Origin: an uncultured Bacteroidales bacterium
GTDB taxonomy: Bacteria; Bacteroidota; Bacteroidia; Bacteroidales; JAFGXI01
Assembly: GCA_947311115.1 (NCBI GenBank)
Contig: CAMZKE010000017.1
Coordinates: 1 to 63,027, forward strand
Direction: 5' to 3'
DNA length: 63,027 nt
Of the stretch, positions 27,128 to 37,760 are shown in pieces. The first letter of the stretch is position 1; each line of letters opens with the position of its first letter. The notes below the pieces were generated by a model that saw only the letters and a list, made by a program, of their open reading frames with translations, made no database searches and was not told where the DNA came from. The translations under genes and the position numbers were made by a program.

Positions 27128-27743
27128 TTAATAGTATTCAAAATTCAATTAATTGACAAAATAAAAAAAATATCTGAATAAAAACGAAAATACACATGTT
27201 TTTTTTACTTAATTAAGTATATTTTTGATTAATCACATTAATCAATTAGATAATTAGGATTAATGACTCTTAGTATTTGAAACGTAAACACCACATTTAT
27301 AAGCTATTATAGGTATTTGCAATAAATTCAAAACTACTTGGTAGTAAATAAATTAAATATTTATTAGCTATTAAATAAACACTTCAATAGATAAGTTTAA
27401 ATAACTAATTAATAAAGTGTTAAATAGAAAATATATGTAAAAGATATTCAACTTAAAATAACTAATGATAGTATAAAAATAAGCTAACAAGTTTTATTAA
27501 ATATATTACATTTAAACATAAATATTTAATATTTTTGTACAAGAATTTAAATACTATATAAATATTTTTAATTAGAATATAATAATAAATATTCCGCCAC
27601 AATCAGACGAGATATAAATTTTGAAATTCAGTTTTTTTTTACAAAATAATAGATAGTAATAAAATACAAACATCTAAAAATTAAAATATTAAGTATTTAA
27701 GATTAAAATATTTTGCTTACATATATTTACAGATAAATAACAT

Positions 27744-28880
27744 ATGAAATCTAAACTACCTAACACAAAAACAAGTATTTTTGCTGTAATGTCTCAATTA
27801 GCCAACGAGCATAATGCAATAAATTTATCTCAAGGCTTTCCCGATTTTGATGTATCTCCTAAATTAATAGAACTGGTAAATAAAAATATGAAATTGGGCT
27901 TTAACCAGTACGCTCCAATGCCCGGAGTAATGAAATTAAGAGAGATTATATCGGAAAAGACCGAGAAATTATATGGAAAATATTATAAGCCTGAAACAGA
28001 AATAACAATTACTTCAGGAGCTACGCAAGCCATTTATACTGCAATAACTACTATTATAAACGAAGGTGATGAAGTTATTGTTTTTGAACCGGTTTACGAT
28101 AGCTATGTACCTGCAATAGAATTATGCGGAGGTACTCCTATTTTTTTAACATTAAAAGGTAAAGATTATAAAATTGACTGGAAAGAAGTACAAAAAGTTA
28201 TAACTTCTAAAACAAGAATGATTATTATAAACTCACCTCACAACCCAACAGGATCAACACTTAACGAAAAAGATATTAAACAATTAGAAAAAATTGTTGC
28301 CGGCACAAATATTATTTTACTTAGCGACGAAGTTTACGAACATATTATTTTTGATGGAAAAACAAATTTAAGTTTTAGTAGCTCAAAAGAATTATCGAAA
28401 CGAAGTTTAATAGTTTCTTCTTTTGGTAAAACTTTTCATACTACCGGCTGGAAAACAGGTTATTGTGTAGCTCCTGAAGAAATAATGAAAGAATTTAGAA
28501 AGGTGCATCAATTTGTTGTTTATGCAGTTAATACACCTTTGCAATACGCTATTGCCGAATATTTAGAAGATGAAAACACATATCTTGAATTGAGCAGTAT
28601 GTACCAAGAAAGGCGTGATTATTTCATAAACTCAATTAAAGGTTCTAAGTTTGAATTAATACCAACATCTGGTACATATTTTCAGCTTTTAGATTATTCT
28701 AAAATTTCTGATGAAACAGATAGTGTTTATGCTGAATACCTTACAAAAGAACACAAAGTTGCTTCAATACCTGTTTCTGCATTTTATCACGATAAAGTAA
28801 AAAGTAAAGTTCTTCGCTTTTGTTTTGCAAAGGGCAATGATACTCTTGATAGAGCTGCCGAACACTTATTAAAATTATAA
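27744..28880 (+). CDS. PLP-dependent aminotransferase, class I/II (YbdL/methionine aminotransferase-like)
   Basis: This 378-aa ORF has INLSQGFPDF, NSPHNPTG and SFGKTFHTTGWK (Schiff-base Lys). Confidence 0.8.
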   Translation: MKSKLPNTKTSIFAVMSQLANEHNAINLSQGFPDFDVSPKLIELVNKNMKLGFNQYAPMPGVMKLREIISEKTEKLYGKYYKPETEITITSGATQAIYTAITTIINEGDEVIVFEPVYDSYVPAIELCGGTPIFLTLKGKDYKIDWKEVQKVITSKTRMIIINSPHNPTGSTLNEKDIKQLEKIVAGTNIILLSDEVYEHIIFDGKTNLSFSSSKELSKRSLIVSSFGKTFHTTGWKTGYCVAPEEIMKEFRKVHQFVVYAVNTPLQYAIAEYLEDENTYLELSSMYQERRDYFINSIKGSKFELIPTSGTYFQLLDYSKISDETDSVYAEYLTKEHKVASIPVSAFYHDKVKSKVLRFCFAKGNDTLDRAAEHLLKL

Positions 28881-28882
28881 TA

Positions 28883-29812
28883 ATGGAAAACGATATAAGA
28901 ATTATTTATTTTGGAACTCCCGATTTTGCCGTAGAAGGTTTAAAAGTTTTAATAGAAAACAATTATAATATTGTTGCTGTTGTAACAGCACCTGATAAAC
29001 CAGCAGGTAGAGGCAAAAAAATTACAGAGTCTGCTGTAAAAAAATACGCTACCAAAAAAGGTTTAAAAGTTTTACAACCAACTAATTTAAAGAGCATTGA
29101 ATTTATTAATGAAATAAGTTATTTAAGTGCTGATTTGCAAATTGTTGTTGCGTTTAGAATGCTTCCTGAAATTGTTTGGAATATGCCAAAACTTGGTACA
29201 TTTAATTTGCACGCATCTCTATTACCTCAATATAGAGGTGCAGCACCCATAAATTGGGCAATAATAAATGGTGAAACAAAAACAGGAGTAACTACTTTCT
29301 TTTTACAGCACAAAATTGACACAGGTAATATTATACTACAAGAAGAAATTGAGATAAGTGAAACTGATAACGCCGAAACTCTACACGATAAACTAATGAA
29401 ATTAGGAGGTTCTGTAATATTGAAAACGGTAAAACAAATAGAATCCGGTAATATTAATTCTACACCTCAAAATAATGATAGTGAACTAAAACTTGCACCA
29501 AAAATTTTTAAATCGGATACTAAAATAAATTGGTGTAATTCTACCGAATATGTTTATAATTTTATTCGTGGATTAAGCCCCTATCCTGCTTCATGGACAA
29601 AAATAAATGGTAAATTTTTGAAAATTTTTGAAACAGAAAAAGATTTTGATACAAATAGTACAGAAAATATAATTACCGATAATAATACCTATCTTAAAAT
29701 TAAAACTAATGACGGATACATATCATTATTATCGGTGCAATTAGAAGGAAAAAAACGAATAAAAATCTCTGATTTTTTACGTGGATATAACGAAGAAATA
29801 AATATTGAATAA
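28883..29812 (+). CDS. fmt: Methionyl-tRNA formyltransferase
   Basis: This 309-aa ORF has IIYFGTPDFA and NLHASLLPQYRGAAPI. Confidence 0.92.
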   Translation: MENDIRIIYFGTPDFAVEGLKVLIENNYNIVAVVTAPDKPAGRGKKITESAVKKYATKKGLKVLQPTNLKSIEFINEISYLSADLQIVVAFRMLPEIVWNMPKLGTFNLHASLLPQYRGAAPINWAIINGETKTGVTTFFLQHKIDTGNIILQEEIEISETDNAETLHDKLMKLGGSVILKTVKQIESGNINSTPQNNDSELKLAPKIFKSDTKINWCNSTEYVYNFIRGLSPYPASWTKINGKFLKIFETEKDFDTNSTENIITDNNTYLKIKTNDGYISLLSVQLEGKKRIKISDFLRGYNEEINIE

Positions 29813-29821
29813 AACTACCAA

Positions 29822-31180
29822 ATGAGAATTCTACTACTTTTTATAGGGCTACAATTAGGTTTATTTGCCCAAAACGACACAACTACAATAATTATAATGC
29901 ATACCAACGATATGCACGGCTATATTGACAAATATGCCAAAATGAAACCTATTATTGATAGTATAAGAAACAATAATAAAAATACCATTCTTGTTTCTGC
30001 CGGCGATTTATTTTCGGGAAATCCGTATGTTGATAAATACAAAGAACCTGGTTACCCGATGATTGATATTATGAATGACTTAAACTATAAAGTTTCTGCA
30101 TTAGGAAATCATGAGTTTGATTATGGGCAAGAAACAATGCAAAAACGCTTTACTGAAGCTAATTTCCCAATAATTTGTGCGAATATAAACACAAAAAACG
30201 GAATTGTTAAAAATATTATCCCTTATAAAATTATTAATGTAGGAAAAACTAAAATAGCATTTCTATCAGCTTTAAAAATAACAAAAAAAGGTTACCCTCA
30301 AACACTTCCAAGCAAATTAGAAGGTCTAAAATTTAAAAAACCTATTGAAACAATTAATAAATATAAGTTTCTAAAGGACAGTGCTGATATAATAATTGGA
30401 TTAACTCATTTGGGTATTAAAACAGACTCGTTACTTGCTAAAAAAAATAATTTTATTGACATTATTATTGGTGGTCATTCGCATACAATTATCGACTCAT
30501 CAATAATAATTAATAACATATTAATATGTCAAGCAGGTAGTTACAATAATTACTTAGGTGTTTTAACTATTAAAACACTTAATAATAAAATAGTTTACAA
30601 GCACGATACTTTGTATAGTATTATAAATAGAAAAGTTATTGATAATAAAATTGCAAACAAAATTAAGGAATACAATAATAACAAGAATGTAAATAAAGTA
30701 ATAGGTTATTTAAGTAAAACTTTGATATCGCCAAACGAAATTGCCGATTTATTTAATGCTGCTTTTGCTAATGCAACACATTCTGACATTGCATTTATGA
30801 ATTTTGGAGGCATAAGAATCGACACATTAAAAAAAGGAAAAGTTAGATATTTTGACATATACAGTGTTGACCCTTTTAACAACGAACTAATGACGGCAAA
30901 ATTAACTGCTGAAGAAATTAAAGGAATGATTAAATACTCGTATAGTTTTAGAAATAAGCCATCAATAAAAAGTAATTTAAAGTATAAAATTGAAGTAAAT
31001 AATGATGGAAGTTTTAAATCAGTTAATTTCAATAAACCATTAGATAACAGCAAACTATACAAAGTAGTTATAAACTCATATATGGCAACAGCATTTAAAT
31101 TTAATGGAAGTAAAAAATTTACAGATTCCGGTATTCACTCTAACGAAGCACTTGTAAAATTTATTGAAAAACAACGCTAA
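29822..31180 (+). CDS. Secreted bifunctional metallophosphatase/5'-nucleotidase (UshA-like)
   Basis: It has a signal peptide and the metallophosphatase motifs HTNDMHG, GDLFSG, GNHEFD and GGHSH. A C-terminal 5'-nucleotidase-like domain follows. Confidence 0.75.
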   Translation: MRILLLFIGLQLGLFAQNDTTTIIIMHTNDMHGYIDKYAKMKPIIDSIRNNNKNTILVSAGDLFSGNPYVDKYKEPGYPMIDIMNDLNYKVSALGNHEFDYGQETMQKRFTEANFPIICANINTKNGIVKNIIPYKIINVGKTKIAFLSALKITKKGYPQTLPSKLEGLKFKKPIETINKYKFLKDSADIIIGLTHLGIKTDSLLAKKNNFIDIIIGGHSHTIIDSSIIINNILICQAGSYNNYLGVLTIKTLNNKIVYKHDTLYSIINRKVIDNKIANKIKEYNNNKNVNKVIGYLSKTLISPNEIADLFNAAFANATHSDIAFMNFGGIRIDTLKKGKVRYFDIYSVDPFNNELMTAKLTAEEIKGMIKYSYSFRNKPSIKSNLKYKIEVNNDGSFKSVNFNKPLDNSKLYKVVINSYMATAFKFNGSKKFTDSGIHSNEALVKFIEKQR

Positions 31181-32082
31181 TAAAATACCGGTTCATTCAA
31201 ACCTAAATTAAAATATACAGTAGTAGGTTTTACCTTTTGGGCTTCTTTAAATAAATATTGAGAACCATCTTTCTGTAACATAGGTATATGATATTGCTCT
31301 ACACCTATCCATTTTACAGGAAACATATACTGGTCGTGCATTATTTTATTTTGTACCAAATGTCTTATTTTTTCTGAATTGACACCAATATTTACTCTCG
31401 CTACTTGATTGTATGGCAATAACTGTTCAATTTGTAAGCTTGTCAATGATGCTGAAAAATTTCCTAAAACAGATTTATTGGCACTTCTATAACCAAACCG
31501 TGCCGGGTAGTCAGAATCGGTAATTTTTATACTTTTAGAATAATCACCTGTCCAAAAAACAGACTTCACTCCTATTTTTGTATTATTGTATCTATACTCA
31601 AAAACAAATGCTCCGGTTCTATACCTATCTAAAGAACCTTGTTTTAACCAACTAAACAAATCGTTTTCGGTTGCAAAAGTAAATTTATCGATGTTAACAT
31701 TTATTACCCCAACAGCTTGCGATGTACCTTGCTTGTCAAAATAATAAAGAAATGAATAACCAAATGAATTTTTATAATTTGTATTATTCTCGGTTAAACC
31801 AATAAATCTATTTGTTATTATATCATCTTTATTCCAAGCCATTTGCAAGCCAACTCCCATTTGCAACTCGGGAGTTTTACAACTTAATGCTAAAGTTTTA
31901 AAATTATAATATGAATTTACTGATGCATTTACTTGAACAAAATTATATGCATAAAAAGCCGAAACATTAAGCCCTATTCTATTCACTTTATTTCCAAACG
32001 AAAAGCTTAAACCTCCACTTACACCATAGTTCACTATTTGCGAATACGTTGTAGTTGATATTATCATTAACACTTTAAACAT
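31177..32082 (-). CDS. Hypothetical beta-rich protein
   Basis: This 301-aa ORF has alternating aromatic/polar beta-strand patterns and no clear signal peptide. It overlaps the convergent upstream gene by 4 nt. Confidence 0.4.
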   Translation of the reverse strand: MFKVLMIISTTTYSQIVNYGVSGGLSFSFGNKVNRIGLNVSAFYAYNFVQVNASVNSYYNFKTLALSCKTPELQMGVGLQMAWNKDDIITNRFIGLTENNTNYKNSFGYSFLYYFDKQGTSQAVGVINVNIDKFTFATENDLFSWLKQGSLDRYRTGAFVFEYRYNNTKIGVKSVFWTGDYSKSIKITDSDYPARFGYRSANKSVLGNFSASLTSLQIEQLLPYNQVARVNIGVNSEKIRHLVQNKIMHDQYMFPVKWIGVEQYHIPMLQKDGSQYLFKEAQKVKPTTVYFNLGLNEPVFY

Positions 32083-32140
32083 TAAATGCTAAAGTAATAG
32101 ATATTATTTAAATTATTGATTAATATTATAAGCCTTTTTT

Positions 32141-32261
32141 TATTTTATTGCCAAGCCATAAATGGCACGGCTAATAAAATAATATCATTCTCATATTGCT
32201 TTTTCATTTGTTCTGCCATTTATGGCAGGTTTACAAATTACAACAAATTGGCTTTAGCCAA
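32141..32261. repeat. Cluster of three GC-containing palindromes/hairpins
   Basis: GCCATAAATGGCA (32155..32167) and TGCCATTTATGGC (32214..32226) are exact reverse complements of each other. Each is embedded in a longer imperfect hairpin. TTGGCTTTAGCCAA (32248..32261) is a 14-bp palindrome. Confidence 0.7.
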
Positions 32262-32285
32262 AACATTTATTTATATATTTTAATT

Positions 32286-32370
32286 AATGAATCTCCTCGC
32301 CGCAAGCTTTTGGAATACTATTCTTTTATACGTACCAAGGGACGGGGAATTAAACCCAAACAGATTCAAA
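32286..32370 (+). repeat. Copy 3 of the structured repeat, decayed (13-nt internal deletion)
   Basis: It matches the reference copy but lacks GGACGAGGTATCG, the 3' arm of hairpin 1. It also has C->A in hairpin 2 and ends ...CAGATTCAAA. Confidence 0.85.
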
Positions 32371-32434
32371 TAACAAAAAAAGAGCCAAAAGTAATTAAAC
32401 CTTTAGCTCTTTATATTAAATTTACTATTTTAAA

Positions 32435-34663
32435 TTAAATAGCATCAATAATTGCATTTAATGTAGTACTAGGACGCATAGCTTTAGCAACTAATTCTTT
32501 ATTAGGCTTATAGTAGCCCCCCATTTCTGTAGCTTTACCCTCTGCAGCAGCAATTTCAGAAAGAATTTTAGATTCGCTTTCTTTTAAATCGGCAGCAACT
32601 TGAGTAAATTTAGTTTTAAGTTCAGCATCTTCGTTTTGAGCAGAAAGAGCCTCAGCCCAATACATTGCTAAATAAAAATGTGTACCACGGTTATCTAACT
32701 CACCTGCTTTACGCGATGGAGCTTTACGATTAATTAAATATTGCGAAACACCCTCATCAAGAGTTTTACCAAGTAATGCAGCACGTTTGTTATCAGTAGT
32801 GTTAGCCATATGCTCTAACGAAACTGTTAATGCTAAAAACTCGCCTAATGAATCCCAACGTAAATGACCTTCTTTAATAAACTGTTGAACGTGTTTTGGA
32901 GCAGAACCGCCTGCACCTGTTTCAAATAATCCACCACCTTTTAATAAAGGAACAATAGATAACATTTTAGCAGAAGTTCCTAATTCAAGAATTGGAAAAA
33001 GGTCGGTTAAATAATCTCTTAAAGCGTTACCTGTTACTGAAATAGTATTTAAACCTGCTTTTGCACGAGGTAAAGTATATTTCATTGCTGAAACAGGGTC
33101 CATAATTTGAATATCTAAACCTTCAGTATCGTGGTCTTTAAGATATGTTTTTACTTTTTTAATCATTTGTGCATCGTGAGCTCTATTTTCATCTAACCAA
33201 AAAATTGCAGGATTACCTGTTGCTTTTGCACGGCTTACAGCTAATTTAACCCAATCTCTAATTGGTTCATCTTTTGCTTGACAGCCACGATAAACATCAC
33301 CCTCTTCAACATCGTGAGATAATAATACGTTTCCATCTTCATCAACAATGCGAATAGTTCCGTTAGCTTGAGCTTTAAAGGTTTTATCGTGCGAACCATA
33401 TTCTTCAGCTTTTTGAGCCATAAGTCCAACATTTGAAACATTACCCATTGTAGCAGGGTCGAAAGCACCATTTTTCTTACAAAAATCAATAGCTTCTTGA
33501 TACCAAGCAGAATAACATCTATCCGGAATAACTGCTTTTGTGTCTTGTAATTCTCCGGCAGGATTCCACATTTTTCCTGAATCACGAATAACAACCGGCA
33601 TAGAAGCATCAATAATAATATCGTTACTTGCATGTAAGTTTGTTATTCCTTTGTCAGAATCAACCATTGCTAATGCAGGACGTTTGTCGTAAACAGCTTT
33701 AATATCGGCTTCAATTTCAGCTTTTTTATCGGCAGGTAATTTTTCAAGTTTTAAATATAAATCGCCTAAACCTAAGTCAGGATTAACATCTAATTCTTTA
33801 AATGTATCAGCGTGTTTTTCAAAAACATCTTTAAAATATACAGAAACAAAATGACCAAAAATAATTGGGTCAGAAACCTTCATCATTGTAGCCTTCAAGT
33901 GAATTGAATAAAGAATATCTTTTTCTTTTGCATCTTCAATCCCTTCTTCAATAAACTTACGTAAAGCTTTTACACTCATGAATGTAGCGTCTAACACTTC
34001 ATCTTTAAGCAGATGTAATTTTTCTTTAAGAACGGTTACATTTCCGTTAGCATCAACATGCTCGAAACGTACATCTTGTTCTTTTTCAATTACTACAGAT
34101 TTTTCATTACCATAAAAATCGCCATCTGTCATCCAAGCTACGTGCGATTTAGAATCTTTAGACCACACACCTAATTTTTTAGGATTACGCTGAGCATCAG
34201 CTTTTACAGATGGTGCTACACGACGGTCGGAGTTTCCTTGACGTAATACAGGGTTTACAGCAGAACCTAAACATTTGGCATAACGTGCGTGAAGTTCTTT
34301 CTCTTCATCAGTTTTTGGCTCTTCAGGATAATCAGGTAATTTATATCCTTTTTCTTGCAATTCTTTTATAGCTGCTTTTAACTGAGGTATTGACGCACTT
34401 ACGTTAGGTAATTTAATTATATTTGCTTCCGGTCTTTCAACCAAATCTCCTAAAAAAGCTAACTCATCTGCTTGTTTCTGCTCGTCGGTTAAATAATCAG
34501 GAAAAGTAGAAATAATACGCCCTGAAAGAGAAATATCTCTTGTTTCAACTACTACACCGGCAGCGTTTGTAAAAGCATTTACAATTGGCAATAATGAATA
34601 GGTTGCCAAAGCAGGAGCTTCGTCAATCTCTGTCCAAATAATTTTTGAGGTTTCTTGTCCCAT
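32435..34663 (-). CDS. icd: Monomeric NADP-dependent isocitrate dehydrogenase
   Basis: The 742-aa length and the N-terminus [22 protein letters not shown] are characteristic of the monomeric IDH family. Confidence 0.92.
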   Translation of the reverse strand: MGQETSKIIWTEIDEAPALATYSLLPIVNAFTNAAGVVVETRDISLSGRIISTFPDYLTDEQKQADELAFLGDLVERPEANIIKLPNVSASIPQLKAAIKELQEKGYKLPDYPEEPKTDEEKELHARYAKCLGSAVNPVLRQGNSDRRVAPSVKADAQRNPKKLGVWSKDSKSHVAWMTDGDFYGNEKSVVIEKEQDVRFEHVDANGNVTVLKEKLHLLKDEVLDATFMSVKALRKFIEEGIEDAKEKDILYSIHLKATMMKVSDPIIFGHFVSVYFKDVFEKHADTFKELDVNPDLGLGDLYLKLEKLPADKKAEIEADIKAVYDKRPALAMVDSDKGITNLHASNDIIIDASMPVVIRDSGKMWNPAGELQDTKAVIPDRCYSAWYQEAIDFCKKNGAFDPATMGNVSNVGLMAQKAEEYGSHDKTFKAQANGTIRIVDEDGNVLLSHDVEEGDVYRGCQAKDEPIRDWVKLAVSRAKATGNPAIFWLDENRAHDAQMIKKVKTYLKDHDTEGLDIQIMDPVSAMKYTLPRAKAGLNTISVTGNALRDYLTDLFPILELGTSAKMLSIVPLLKGGGLFETGAGGSAPKHVQQFIKEGHLRWDSLGEFLALTVSLEHMANTTDNKRAALLGKTLDEGVSQYLINRKAPSRKAGELDNRGTHFYLAMYWAEALSAQNEDAELKTKFTQVAADLKESESKILSEIAAAEGKATEMGGYYKPNKELVAKAMRPSTTLNAIIDAI

Positions 34664-34886
34664 AATATTACAATTAATTAAATATGATTAGTTTACAAAT
34701 TTTCAAACTGTTTTTTATTGAACTCCGAAAGTAATAAAATACATTAACCTATACAAATATTTAAAAACATATATTTGATAGTTTTATTTAAGATATAATA
34801 CTCTTATTATCTACATTATAAATACATTAACAAACAGAAATAAATATTATATCATTTTTTTATTTAAAATTAGATTATAACGAACA

Positions 34887-36713
34887 ATGAAAGAAAATTA
34901 TATATACATTTGCGCGTCAAAAAAATTAGCATTGAGAAATTTTGAACATATATTAAAAAAATTCCATAAGTGGCGACTTAAACATTTAAGTCAAACGCAA
35001 TTTATTTATATACTAAGTGTATTAATAGGCTTTAGTGCGGGAATTATTGCCGTAGTAATAAAAAAGATGGTGCATTTTGTACATAATGTATTAACAAATG
35101 GTTTTCCAAAAGATATTGAAAATTATTTATACTTTATATATCCTACTGTTGGTATTTTATTAGCTATACTCTTTATAAAATACATAATAAGAGGTAAAGT
35201 TGAACACGGAATACCAAGTGTTTTATATGCCATTTCCGAAACAAAAGGAAAAATTAAATCTCATAATTTATTTTCGTCAATTATTACCAGTGTATTAACA
35301 GTTGGCTTTGGTGGTTCTGTAGGTTTGGAGGGACCAACAGTAGCAACCGGTGCAGCAGTTGGTTCAAATTTAGGACAATTATTTCATTTTAATTATAAAC
35401 AAATTATTTTATTACTTGGGGCAGCTTCTGCAGGTGCAATGGCGGCTATTTTTAAAGCCCCAATTACTGCAATTGTGTTTGCTATGGAGGTTATTATGAT
35501 TGATCTTACCTCGGCATCATTAGTTCCAATAATATTAACATCAGTTACAGCATCATTAACCTCAATGGCATTTTTAGGTTTTGATGTACTTTATAAATTT
35601 AAAGTTACTGAAGATTTTAATATACAACAAGTTCCATATATAGTTGTACTTGGAATTTTTGCAGGATTACTCTCGGTATATTTTACCAGAATGTATATGT
35701 TTATAAATAATAGATTTGAAGCAACTACAAATATATGGAAACGCCTTGTTATTGGAGGTTTAATACTTGGAGTATTAATTTTCTTCTTTCCTTCACTTTT
35801 TGGAGAGGGTTACGAATCTATAAATAATGCATTAAAAGGAAGTTTTGACCATTTGTATAATAATAGTATATTTTTTGATTACAGACATAATATATATGTG
35901 ATTTTTGCATTATTTTTTGTTGTATTAATATTTAAAGTTATTGCTACTGCTACTACATTTGGTGCCGGTGGAGTTGGTGGAATTTTTGCACCATCATTAT
36001 TTTTAGGGAGTAATTTAGGATTGTTTTACGCATTTGTAGTTAAATATTTACATCTTGGAAATATTTCTGTATCTAACTTTGCATTTATTGGTATGGCTGG
36101 GGTTATTGCAGGAAACCTACACGCACCTTTAACGGCTATTTTCCTTATTGCAGAAATAACCGGAGGTTATCAGCTTTTTATTCCATTAATGATAGTTTCT
36201 GTTATTTCATATTTAACTGTTAAAATATTTCAACCTAACTCAGTTTATACTATTCAACTTGCTAAACGTGGCGAGCTAATGACACATCATCAAGATAAAA
36301 ATATTTTGAAAATGATGGATATTAAACCTTTAATTGAAACAAATTTTACTAAAATTAAAATAGATTATACACTTGGTGATTTAGTTAAAGTTATACCTGA
36401 TGCTGTAAGAAACGTATTTCCTGTTGTTGATGATAACGATACTTTTTTAGGTGTTGTTATTATGGATGATGTTAGACATATTATGTTTAAACCCGAATTA
36501 TACAATAAAGTAATGGTAAAAGACATTATGTTTACCCCATCTGCTTTTGCTGACATTAACAAAGATAACATGCAAGATGTTGCTGAAAAATTTCACAAAA
36601 GTTCTAATTATAATATGCCTGTATTACAAGGCGATAAATATCTTGGATTTATTTCTAAAGCAAATGTATTTTCTTCGTACAGACGAAAATTAAAGTATTT
36701 TTCTGAAGACTAA
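34887..36713 (+). CDS. ClC-type voltage-gated chloride channel/antiporter with C-terminal CBS pair
   Basis: It has GGSVGLEGP, GAAGVGGIFAP-like (GAGGVGGIFAPSL) and ClC helices, with two CBS-like blocks at the C-terminus. A TACATTTG -7 box at 34905..34912 lies inside the ORF. The true start may therefore be the in-frame TTG at 34932. Confidence 0.85.
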   Translation: MKENYIYICASKKLALRNFEHILKKFHKWRLKHLSQTQFIYILSVLIGFSAGIIAVVIKKMVHFVHNVLTNGFPKDIENYLYFIYPTVGILLAILFIKYIIRGKVEHGIPSVLYAISETKGKIKSHNLFSSIITSVLTVGFGGSVGLEGPTVATGAAVGSNLGQLFHFNYKQIILLLGAASAGAMAAIFKAPITAIVFAMEVIMIDLTSASLVPIILTSVTASLTSMAFLGFDVLYKFKVTEDFNIQQVPYIVVLGIFAGLLSVYFTRMYMFINNRFEATTNIWKRLVIGGLILGVLIFFFPSLFGEGYESINNALKGSFDHLYNNSIFFDYRHNIYVIFALFFVVLIFKVIATATTFGAGGVGGIFAPSLFLGSNLGLFYAFVVKYLHLGNISVSNFAFIGMAGVIAGNLHAPLTAIFLIAEITGGYQLFIPLMIVSVISYLTVKIFQPNSVYTIQLAKRGELMTHHQDKNILKMMDIKPLIETNFTKIKIDYTLGDLVKVIPDAVRNVFPVVDDNDTFLGVVIMDDVRHIMFKPELYNKVMVKDIMFTPSAFADINKDNMQDVAEKFHKSSNYNMPVLQGDKYLGFISKANVFSSYRRKLKYFSED

Positions 36714-36797
36714 ATTAATTTTGAATTGTAGATTCTAAATTCTAAATTGCATTAGTTTAATTACACATTACAAATTTTTAATTACTAATTAAATAAA

Positions 36798-37760
36798 GTG
36801 CAACATAAATTCGTAAATAAATATAATTTTTTATCGAATAAACTAAATATAAATACGCTAATAAAATTTAGCTGTATTAATATAATAATGCCTTTTTACC
36901 ACACAGTTAGCAATACATATTTACCTCATATTAAGCATTTATATAACTATCGTAACACTACTGATTTTAAAAATGAATTAGATTTTTATTTAAAGCACTT
37001 CACTCCTATTTCGCTTAGTGATTTAATAAACAAAAACTACAAGCAGAATAAAAATTATTTCTTTTTATCTTTTGATGATGGCTTGCGTGAGGTTAATGAT
37101 GTAATTGCCCCTATCCTAATAAAAAAAGGTATTCCTGCTACATTTTTTATAAATACAAGTTTTATCGATAATAAAGTTTTGTTTTATAAATTTAAAGCAA
37201 GTCTAATTTTAGATGCATATTTAAATAAGAATAAAATTAAAGATAATACAATAAACAAGCTTGATATATTTAATAATAAATACACTAACACAGAGCTTAA
37301 TAAATTAGCTGAAATGTTTAATATTAACTTCTCCGAGTTTTTACAAAAACAAAAACCATATTTAACTTTAGAACAAATAAATAAGTTAATAAAACAAGGT
37401 TTTGATATTGGTTCTCATAGCGTTAATCACATTGAATACAATAAATTAAGTATCGATAATCAAAAAGTAGAAACAATAGAATCTGTTAAATTCTTAAAAG
37501 AAAACTTTAATATTTTAAATACGGCCTTTTCGTTTCCATTTACCGATTATGGTATTAATTTAGAGTTTTTTAACCAAATTAATGATTATGTAGATATTAG
37601 TTTTGGTACAGCCGGAATAAAATTAGATAATGCACCAAACAACTACCAACGAATACCAATTGAAGAATTTAACTTAAATGCCGAAAAATCGGTAAAAGCC
37701 GAATATTTATATTTCATTTTATCTAAATTTGCAGGAAAACACAAAATTAACAGAATATAA
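36798..37760 (+). CDS. Polysaccharide deacetylase (NodB-homology) family protein
   Basis: This 320-aa ORF has LSFDDGLREV (the NodB DD motif), PATFFINT and GSHSVNH. It has a GTG start, and the start is uncertain. Confidence 0.65.
   Translation: MQHKFVNKYNFLSNKLNINTLIKFSCINIIMPFYHTVSNTYLPHIKHLYNYRNTTDFKNELDFYLKHFTPISLSDLINKNYKQNKNYFFLSFDDGLREVNDVIAPILIKKGIPATFFINTSFIDNKVLFYKFKASLILDAYLNKNKIKDNTINKLDIFNNKYTNTELNKLAEMFNINFSEFLQKQKPYLTLEQINKLIKQGFDIGSHSVNHIEYNKLSIDNQKVETIESVKFLKENFNILNTAFSFPFTDYGINLEFFNQINDYVDISFGTAGIKLDNAPNNYQRIPIEEFNLNAEKSVKAEYLYFILSKFAGKHKINRI

Noticed and set aside
32161-32180. TGGCAC at 32163..32168 as a sigma-54 -24 element.
   Set aside because: The required TTGC -12 element is absent at the correct spacing on either strand. 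The motif is better explained as half of the GCCA-N4-TGGC palindrome.
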